A stretch of 64,000 nucleotides of DNA from positions 25,048,001 through 25,112,000 of the forward strand of contig NC_043020.1 of NCBI RefSeq assembly GCF_006345805.1, in the 5' to 3' direction. Every line of letters starts with the position of its first letter. Position 1 is the first letter of the stretch. Positions 53,529 to 64,000 of the stretch are shown here, in pieces. Source of the stretch: Octopus sinensis. Its lineage: Eukaryota. The position numbers and the translations under genes are program-made. The notes beneath the pieces were generated by a model. The model did no database searches and was not told the origin of the DNA. It was given only the letters and a program-made list of their open reading frames with translations.

Positions 53529-54851
53529 TGTTAATAAAATAGAATATATGCATATATATAAACATATATGTACGTACCTACCTCTACATGTACATATACA
53601 CGCATATATGTGTACAGGACACCAAAAAGACGTCGAACACATAGAGAGACGAAACACATAGACACAAACCAAGGAACAAGACAAGCAAAAAAAAGGGAGA
53701 GATCAGGACAATAAGCACAACGAAAATCCCCTTCTCAGTCGCTAAGATTTCATCTACTAAACGTTTCGAAGGATAAAAGCGAGACGTATACTACTTCGAA
53801 AAATTCCTTCCCGCGAAAAGCAAATCAATATAAAATTCTGAGATCTTTTCGCAGAGGGGTAAAAAAAAAAGCAAGACGGTAACGACAGTACAAACATATA
53901 AACAGTAAAAAATATATATATAAACAGTGGAAAAATAAATATATAACAGTGAGAGACAAGACAAGGAGAACAAGATAAGAAGGCTGTTAACGCCAGACGA
54001 AAAAAGTATGTAAACGCTGGATTATCGTGGAAGACAGAGAGGGAAAATTTGTCAACCAGAAGCCTTGCAGGCGGGCGAGAAAGGACAGATAGCAGTTACG
54101 ACGGAAGTATCGTCGCAGATGGATGACGGAATGGGGAGAGGAGCAAGAGGAAGAGAGAGAAGAAGGGGAATGGTGCGAGGACGACCATGAAGAATGGTGA
54201 AAGGAGAGAGAGAATGAAGAATGAGAGAGAGAGAAGAGAACAAGTTAAGTGAGGGAAAAAAGACGCAAAAGGGAATGGAGAGAAAGAAAGAAAGATGCAG
54301 AGTCGCTGAGAGTTAATATCAAGGCTTACTTGATAAACAGAACAATCTTACTTAGTAGGGTGCGTGCGTTTAATCGTATAATATTGTTAATAAAAGAATA
54401 TATGCATATATATAACATATATGTACGTACGACCTCTCATGTACAGATACACGCATATATGTGTACAGGACACCAAAAAGACGTCGAACACATAGAGAGA
54501 CGAAACACATAGACACAAACCAAGGAACAAGACAAGCAAAAAAAAGGGAGAGATACAGGACAATAAGCACAACGAAAATCCCCTTCTTCAGTCGCTAAGA
54601 TTTCATCTACTAAACGTTTCGAAGGATAAAAGCGAGACGTATACTTCGAAGAAAAATTCCTTCCCGCGAAAAGCAAATCATTAAAATTCTGAGATCTTTT
54701 CGCAGAGGGGTAAAAAAAAAAAAAGCAAGACGGTACGACAGTACAAACATCTAAACAGTAAAAAATATATATATAAACAGTGGAAAAATAATAATATACA
54801 GTGAGAGACAAGACAAGGAGAACAAGATAAGAAGGGCTGTTAACGCCAGAC
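53529..54851. repeat. Tandem 1.5-copy duplication, period ~857 bp
   Basis: 53529-~54000 recurs at 54386-54851 with indels. Confidence 0.88.
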
Positions 54852-54880
54852 GCATATATATATATATATATATATAATAA

Positions 54881-55418
<538 letters not shown>

Positions 55419-55431
55419 ATATATATATATA

Positions 55432-55887
55432 TACGAGCAAAACGCCCCCCGTCCAATGGACGGTGCTGAGTTGTCAAACATTTAAACCAAATTTTCTCAA
55501 AGCAACTTGTCCTCCCCTTTGAGAAACACTGATTTAACCTAAATTTGAGACACCAGCAACAGAAGAAATAACGATATACTTTTTTTTATTCCAAAGAATA
55601 ACGATTTTATTTACACAAATACGCAACCGAAGAGTTTAAAGTACTAGTAAGTACATCGCAACAGTTGATGTATTGCGCGTTCAAATACACGTTCCCACGG
55701 CTTTATCGATCGCATTCTCACCTAGAATCGATTTTTGTAATTTTTTCAAAACTTATACACGCCTTGATACCGTCGGTATCTACATACCAAATGTCTTCTA
55801 GGATCTCGGGCATCCTTTATCCAATTGGATAAAGGATGCCCGAGATCCTAGAAGACACACACACAGACATACAGAACGGATTTTATA

Positions 55888-55890
<3 letters not shown>
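55432..55890 (+). mobile_element. Possible non-autonomous Helitron/HINE-like element containing a perfect 66-bp palindrome
   Basis: 5' hairpin CCGTCC-AAT-GGACGG; palindrome 55792-55857; then cacacagacatacag and ggattttataata into (TA)n. Confidence 0.4.
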
Positions 55891-55921
<31 letters not shown>

Positions 55922-56935
55922 GCATGTATGTATATGTGTACGTATATTTAGAAATTCAAATAAGTTATCATTATCTATAAAAATAATGATAAAGTGGCCA
56001 GCAAGCATTATTCGAATAAGCACGATATATTATAATAAAAAGTTAGGGAACCTGTTGGCTTGATAGAGGTACCCTCCAAAGCTACGCATCTCTGACTATT
56101 TGTAAACAAATACAGAGAATATAGCAAATACATTTCTCCGAAACAGTCCTCCCACTTGTAAGATACAAATAAGATCCTAGACATTCTGGTATCCATTGAT
56201 TTCGTTTTCTGTGTTGCATCACCACTTAAAACCCGTCAGTCAGACTCACTGCCTAAACTATTTCAAAAAACATATTTACCTCTCCGTGCGCGTTGTTAAA
56301 CTTAAGCCCCACCCCCGCGACTTTCAAACGAAAGTCAGTGAGCAAGGATAAATTTAGAAATTCAAATAAGTTTTCATTATCTCCAAAAATTATGATAAAG
56401 CGGGCAGCAAACATTATTCAAATAAGCAAAATATATAATAAATCGGTGGTGAATTACGGATGGGTTCACTTGGAAAAAATGGTGTTGGTGTTGTGTAGTG
56501 ATGGTGTGATAGCAGGTTCGTACGGGTGGGGGGTAGTGGCGGTGGAGGAGAATTTGTGGTGAAGGTGGTGTTAGGTGTATTCGGTGGCGGCAAGTTCTTG
56601 GTAAATGTGTTGCTGATGTTGTTGTTGTTGTTGTTGTTGTTGTTGGTGTTGGTGGTGGTCGTGGTGGTGGTGGTCGTGGTGGTGGCTGTGGCGGTTACTG
56701 TGACTGTGATATTAGTGGTGGTGGTCTAGTGTTGGTGATAATGGCCGTGGTGGTTGCGGTGGCTGTGGCGGTGGGGGTGTTCTTGCTGGTGTTGGTGGAG
56801 GGGGTGCTCGTGGTGGTGGTGGAGGTGGTAGCAGTATTTCGGCTCTGACGGTTATGATACTGTATGTTGCTGTATGATGTTCCTCATAGATTGTATCAAT
56901 GTACGTGTCCCGGCTGTGTATCTATCTATGTATCT

Positions 56936-56979
<44 letters not shown>

Positions 56980-57494
56980 GTGTGTGTGTGTTGGAGATTA
57001 TTACAGTTAAATGAATAAGTTGCATGTAATCAATTAACTGTGCTTCTTAATTATTTAAAACGTCTGTCTGTGTGCCATTGTGTTGCGGAGATGAAGAGGT
57101 AATTGTGAATGCATGAGACAGAGATACAGAGTGAATGTCTGCGGAAGAGGTTTGCCGAATACATAAGCATGTACATATATGAGTGCGTTTTTGCGCATAT
57201 ACACATATATAGATGTGTGTATGTGTGTGTGTGTGTACGTATTTATGTATATGTATATATGTATATTTACGTGCATATACGTAAATATGTACGTATCTGT
57301 GTGTATATGTGTAAGTATACACTTTCATACGTGTGCGAAGACAATTTGTACATAATTGTGTTACTTTACCGACAACGAACGCGTAGGCATCCAATATTTG
57401 TATACGTACATACAGATATATACATACACACATACATACACACATACATACATACATACACATACATACATACATATATCCACAAACAGACAGT

Positions 57495-57585
<91 letters not shown>

Positions 57586-57904
57586 GCAGAGAGGCAGACA
57601 GACAGATAGATAGATATGCATATAGAGATAGATACACTCGCACGCACACACATACACACACACACATGTATATATATATGGGGAGACTTCACAAAAAAAA
57701 AGAAGAAAACAGGTGGTGTAGACAACAAACAGATGTATAAGTATAACGCTTGCGAAGTGAATTTGTCTTTAACGTTTCGAGCCTACCCTCTTCCACAGAA
57801 AAGAACACAGAAAGAAACAAGGAGAGAAAATAAAGAATGTGTAGTGGCTAGCGATGTATGTATATATGCATGTATATATACATGTATAATACATTTACAT
57901 GAAG

Positions 57905-58115
57905 GCGCCTGGCCTAAAGGTTAGAATGTTGCAATCACGATCGATTGATAGTCGGTTCGATTCCAAGATCGGGTGGAGCGATGTCTTCTTGAGCAAAATA
58001 CTTCATTTTACGTTGCTCCTTTCAGTGGGAAATGTTGGCCATTCCAATGCTAAAACGATTCAAAGTGCATTGTGACCAGCGATGTGTAATAACAGTCTGC
58101 TCGGCCACGTAGTCA
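57905..58115 (+). mobile_element. SINE family C, degenerate
   Basis: tggcctaaaggttagaatg..cggttcgattcc head; cattgtgaccagcgatgtgtaa tail. Confidence 0.7.
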
Positions 58116-58569
58116 CTGATTATTACATATATAAGTGTGTGTGAGTATATAAGTGTCTGTTTTTATACATACACACGCGCGCGCACTCACACACATATAT
58201 ACACCCTGGTAGACCAACATTGTCCATATAGGATTAAAACTAAGTTCATATATGCAGATCCATATTTTTAGACTTGATGTGAAACTAGACACCATTGTTA
58301 ACGTACCACGATATATGAGTGTGTGTATGTGTGTGTGTGTGTGTGTCTCTCTCTCTCTCTCTCTCTCTATGTCTGTGTGTATAATATATACATATATTCT
58401 AAACAAAACTGTCCGACGAACGGGAACGTGAAACTCTAAATAACAGTTTCTGTGATATTTTTGCTGCTTTTTCAATGCCTTTGGTATTCGAGTACCATTT
58501 TTCCCACCTTGTTTCGCATTTATCTGCTTACTCCAGTGTGTATATATATTTTATATTATTTATATTTTA

Positions 58570-59470
58570 TATTTTATCTAGTTTCAGCTCACGAGCTGTG
58601 GCCATGCTGGGGCACCGCCATTTGGTGGTGCTACATGATTTTACTTAACGAATGCTTTTTAGCAATTGCCATTTGGTGCATGAGAGAGTTCGATGCAGCT
58701 GCCCTCATTTGCACCTCCTGCCGTGAAGTTCGTTCATCTGGGACACCTCACAGGAAGAGATCCAGTATTATTTTAAAGACATCTGCATCCACCCCATGCA
58801 GGTCACCCTGGTCCTTCGGGAGGATATTGAAGAGCTGTGGATCTCTGAAGCCCAGGCTATCACAGTATCTTGTCCTACATCTTAATGGCAAATTTGGAGT
58901 CCTTGGCACTATGCAGTGGCGCCCAGTTCTAGTATTTGTGTAACTCTCGATGCCAAAGTTTGGGACAAGTCCTTCCACAGGATCTTCCAGATGTATATTA
59001 TGGCATATCTTTCTCGCCTACGCTCTAAGGAATAGAGCCTTAATCTCTTGCGTCTTTCCCAATAGCATATATGCTGCACAGAGGCTATCTTCACTGTGTA
59101 GCTTCGTTGGATCGCCTCAAGTTCTGTGATTAATTTGACACTGGATGGTGACCATAGCTGAGAGCAATAGTCAAAGTGGCTTAGGACAAGTGTCCTCCAG
59201 AGGACCATCATGGTTTCCTGGTCTCTTGTTCTAAAGGCTCTAAGAATCCATCCGGTCTGCCGCCTACATTTTATTGCCAATTTAGCAACATGCACATGAA
59301 AGGTTGCATCGTTACACATGTAAATACCCAGGTCTCGCACTGATTGTGCCTCTGGGATGGCAATCCCTCCAGGTCCAGTGTATTTATTGAGTATTGCATT
59401 TAGTTTTGCATGCTGATAGCATAAAGCTTGAAACTTTATGGCATTGAACTGCATGCTATTCTTTTCGGCC
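58570..59470 (-). mobile_element. CR1-type LINE, 5'-truncated 3' fragment
   Basis: SVRDLGIYM, FDYCSQLWSP, LYSLERRRERYAIIYIWKIL; same 3' tail as 27393-27430. Confidence 0.92.
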
Positions 59471-59613
59471 CATATATATATATGCAGTTCGAAAGAGCCC
59501 GCCATTTACATAAATATATGAGGGGTGAACATTTTCATATGCTACGATGGAGGCGACGGTTGTCTGTCTGGTTCCGCCTGGAATGTTGGTTTTGTTCATT
59601 CATGATATATTTT

Positions 59614-59690
59614 GAATTCGTTTCACTGAAGAGCAAAAGACGTAGATAATACGTTAATTACGAAATCACAGGTGATCTGGAACTAAATTC
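59614..59690 (+). ncRNA. Type I hammerhead ribozyme motif with complete core (candidate)
   Basis: GAATT-C-GTTTCA-CTGAAGA-G..stem II..C-GAAA-TCAC-AG-GTGA-T-C-TGGAAC-TA-AATTC. Confidence 0.72.
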
Positions 59691-59930
59691 TGTTTTTAAA
59701 TGTCTTGCTTCGAGAGCTGCATTCGGTACGATTTGTTTATTTTTGGTAGTTATGACTTCAAAAGTCCCTCCTAGCGTGTGGCATTTATGTGTAATAATGC
59801 CCTCTATATAATATAAATAAATATTTTCAAGTGAAAAAATTTACAGATTTTTTCTCTTATGAGGTTTTTCACGCTAACTACCTGATAATTTCTTATTAAG
59901 ATTTTATACTATTTTGTAAATATATATCTA

Positions 59931-59966
<36 letters not shown>

Positions 59967-60211
59967 AGCACACACACACATACACACAAACACACACACA
60001 CACATATATATGTACAAAATTTAGTATGTCCTTTCATTAATTTTAATCCTTCAGTTATTTGATGCTTTTGGAGGGGCCTGAAATCGCCTATATTATTGAT
60101 TATGTTATTATCATTTTTAAATTGTTACACTAGACAATAACTAGTCACTAGTATATTCGCAAATTATTTTTTCGTGAATTTTTTTTCTCGTGAATCTTTT
60201 GCTCTGCATTG

Positions 60212-60332
<121 letters not shown>

Positions 60333-61314
60333 TATTAAGAAATAATTTTATTCTGAAACGCAGGATAATGCTAATAATATAGCATAAACAGAACAAACTC
60401 CCCAAAAATGTGTGTATGTGTGTTTGTGTGTGTGTAATATATATATATATACAGCCATACTATATAGCTATTTAATGTAAATCCCAGCTGTTTTCTCTTG
60501 AAGATAACTCCTTATTCCATTATTACAATCAAAACGCATCCATAGTTGCTGTTGTATGTTGGTCAAGACGCAAATTAAAATTGAGTATTATGAAAATATC
60601 ATTTGCGGAGTTATCGCATAATAAAGTAGGGAATTGAAAAGTTTGGGGTATTATTTATGCCCCATTCCACATGTTTCATTTGCTAATATGAATTACAAAG
60701 ATTTAGATGTTATTTAGATAAATATGTAAAGTATTTCCTATTAGACATTCGTTAAAAAACTTTCTTCGTCTGGCGAATTTTTAATAGGAAATTCCTTACA
60801 TGTCAATCTAAGAGTATAACACGAACATCTTTGTATCTCCAATTATCAAATGAAACACGTTTAATAAATGATACCAAAAACTCTTCACTGTCCTGTTTCA
60901 TTACATACATGCATATGTATATATATATTTGTGTGTGTGCACGCGCGTAAATACACGCGCACATACACACAAATATGCATTCATACATATATATATATAT
61001 ATACAATATATATATATATATATTTACATATATAAGTGTATATATGTAAATAGATATTTATACATACATATATAAACATACATACATTCACTAGCCCTAT
61101 GACTTTCATCTTCCCTTACAACTACCACTCACACCACCATCGCCACCACATCAATAAATAATGACAATATAAATAATCTATTAAAGCTAGAATCTGCTTA
61201 AATATTCGGACACCGTTTCAAACCTTTCAATCAGGTGTATATAAATATTTTAATCTTAATTATCGTTCTATTCTATACACCACCCGACATTTGAATGCTT
61301 ATATAGATACAGAA

Positions 61315-61383
<69 letters not shown>

Positions 61384-61494
61384 AATTAAGGACTGAACAC
61401 GAAAAGTGGACAGCCAACATGCTAGATATAGACGTCAAATCGCCATTCACCACAAAAGATTATGTTCTCAGATAAATATCAATTTCTACCCTTA

Positions 61495-61542
<48 letters not shown>

Positions 61543-61577
61543 ATAGTATCTATATATATTATCTTTTGTTTTGTTTT

Positions 61578-61760
61578 TTTACTCGTTTCAGTCACTACAC
61601 TGTGGCCAAGCTGGGGCACCACATTGAAGAACGTTTAGTCGGATTAATCGAAACCAGATTGGCATCTTTTGCCTAATCGCTAGTTTATGGGGACGTAAAC
61701 ACACCAGCACCAGTTGTCAAGCGGTAGTGCGAGAGGAACACAGACGCACACCCATACACG
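61578..61760 (-). mobile_element. SINE family B, degenerate 3' part
   Basis: gtttcagtcactacactgtggccaagctggggcaccac..ggggacgtaaacacaccagc. Confidence 0.72.
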
Positions 61761-61779
61761 AATGAATATATATGTATAT

Positions 61780-63270
61780 ATATAATGAAGAGAGAAGTGG
61801 GTAGGAGTGAAGAGAGGAAGTAGATGTCAGATGAAGAGAGAAGATAGGTGGGTAGGAGTGAAGAGAGAAGAGAGGTGGGTAGGAGTGAAGAGAGGAGAGG
61901 AGAGGAGGGGAGTTGAGCCCGTGTGACGCAAAGGAGCGAAGAGAGAAGATTAATTCTTGTTCACAGTGACGGTGGGAGTCCGATTGGCCCCTGTGCAAAG
62001 ACAACCTGAACACAAACAGGTGTTGTAGTGAATGACCTGCAGGACAAAATTGTCGCGAGACCGGGATGCTATTGCTGAGTCTGATGTCTCGGAGGTGCTC
62101 CGCGAACCGGTAAGCCAAGCGGCGTCCAGTCTGACCGATGTACGTAGAAGGGCAGAAAGAGCTGGTGATGCAGTAAATGACGTTGCTAGATTTGCAGGTA
62201 AATGAATCGGTGATATGATAGGGACGATGATGGTTGCCTGTAAGGATGGTGGTATTGGAGAGGTAGGGTCAAGTGCGGCAGCGTACGCAGAAGCAGGGGA
62301 ACGAGTCAGGCTGGGAGGTTGGGTTAGGAAAGAAACTGTGGGACCACCCCTTCCCTTCTTCAAACGAATCCACGCAGATTGTGAGCTCGTTTGAAAGAGG
62401 GAAGGGGTTGGTTGGGAAAGATGTGAGAGGTGAATGAGTCGGACTGGAGTCGCTGGAAGGCTCGGAGAATGGTGCGTTGGAGGGGCAGAGTGGAAGGGTG
62501 GTAAGTGAGGGTAAACGGGAGACGGAAAATGGCGGTGTGGGTGTGAGGAAAGAGAGCAGAGGCACAATCCACAGAACGTGCTCTGGCAAGGGCTATGTGG
62601 ATAGTGGTGAAGGGATATCAACGAAGAAGGAAGTAGCGAGCCATAAGCTGAGACTGAGTCTCAAGTCATGGTTATCATTCAAGAGCCTGCGCTGACGGAG
62701 GAATCGGGAGTAGGGGATGCAGAGCTTGGTGTGGGTAGGGTGGTACGAGGAGAAGTTGAGGTTTGAGTGTGAATCGGTGTATTTGTAGTGGATGGCGGAA
62801 GTGAGAGCGGAGTGGTGCATGTTGACCGAAATGTTGAGAAATGCGACGGAAGTGCTGGAAATGGTGCAGGAGAATTCGAGGACAGGATGGACGGATTGGA
62901 CCAAATAGAGGAAGGAGTCTAATTGTCCACAGGAGAGTGAGGTCGCACCGATAGTCATCACTATAACGACCGTATAGTTTGGGAGTAAGACCAGTGGCTC
63001 GTGAGAATAGCCAAAGAACAGGTTCGCATAGTTGGAGGCCCCTCCTCGTTCCCATGGCCACTCCCGAGATTTGTTGGTAAAATCCCCCACGAACGAGAAG
63101 CAGTTGAGGGAGAGAACAAGTTCGGCCAGACGAAGAAGTGTGGAGGTGTTAGGTTGGGGTTTGGGTCGAAGTGTTTGAGTGCAAGAAGTCCTTCGTTGTG
63201 TACTGTTCTGTGATGGTAAGATCAACACGTCTGACATCTCAGCACAGTCATCGGGTACATACCGCCCTTC
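61780..63270 (-). pseudogene. Third PLE coding remnant (RT, linker, GIY-YIG), frameshifted
   Basis: TLLRLAELVLSLNCF, SNYANLF, AFLNISV, HYKYTDSH, HPTHTKLCIPYSRFLR; linker PCFCVRCRT(TGA)PY; NVIYCIT..TYIGQTGRRL..RFAEHL..EQELIF..HGLN. Confidence 0.88.
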
Positions 63271-64000
63271 CCTCCCCACACACACACACACGAGTATGTG
63301 TGTGTGTATGTATGTGTGTGTGCGAAAAATAGAAGTTGAAAATGCACTTAGAATAGTTAGAATACTTTTAAAATAAGTCTCTCAAATTCCAGGTTTCCCC
63401 CCTCTACTTATGTTCAGCAAATACTACAGATGAAGCACGGATAAACAAAGAAAATACTTTCATACAAAAGTACAAACCAAGACTTAGCAAACTTTAATAG
63501 AGTATATACACAAATAACTATTCACAAACAAAATTCATTCTGCCACTCAGCAGGAAGCTACTCTGCTAACATCCTAAACTTTAGCCACTGGACTACATAC
63601 AAACGACTCCTGTCCACTCTCCCACCAGGCAGATTAAATTTGGAGTGCCTTGATTATAACTCAATGTAATCACTCAACCGTTGTTGACATTTATTTTAGA
63701 CGCAAAAGATACAGTCACGTGACACTAACGCACGAACGTAGCGGGAAACGTACAAAAGGTTATAAACTTAATCCTGTGTTCATTCTCTACAATCGCTTGA
63801 CAGAAAACATTCAGAGTATTGATTGTTTGGACTTGTTCAGTCAACTGTGTCGGCCTTAACTTACGGTACCAAACATTGTCAATTGATATTAACTCACAGA
63901 CAGAGCGGGTAACCTACAAAAGAGAGAGAGAGAGATAATGATGCAAATAAACATAAAATTTTAGATATATAAAATAGAGAGAGAGAGACAAACACTGAAA

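Overview
Repeat-dominated animal genomic DNA, most likely octopus (inferred from the tRNA-SINE families and the microsatellite/LINE landscape, not verified). There is one 100-N scaffold gap (739-838) and no host protein-coding exon I can recognise. Most short ORFs in the track are microsatellite translations. Recognisable content: three tRNA-derived SINE families; a decayed CR1-type LINE with a second 3' fragment; two R4/Dong-type REL-endonuclease LINEs sitting in (TAA)n; an RTE fragment; a Tc1 fragment; a MITE; and four Penelope-like element (PLE) coding remnants, one broken by a single frameshift. The most interesting layer is hammerhead ribozyme (HHR) motifs. (i) A 3.9-copy tandem array of a 452-bp non-coding unit (19862-21625) carries one type I HHR with a palindromic stem III per unit, the architecture of non-LTR retrozymes that yield small circular RNAs. 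(ii) A pair of 163-bp HHR-bearing direct repeats lies 475 bp apart. (iii) There are further intact or degenerate HHR cores. (iv) Three long fold-back palindromes have their symmetry centres inside an HHR core. Two PLE remnants also carry an in-frame TGA exactly at a Cys position of the linker motif before GIY-YIG, which is either selenocysteine or decay. All RNA folds were paired by eye and none has been computed or tested.
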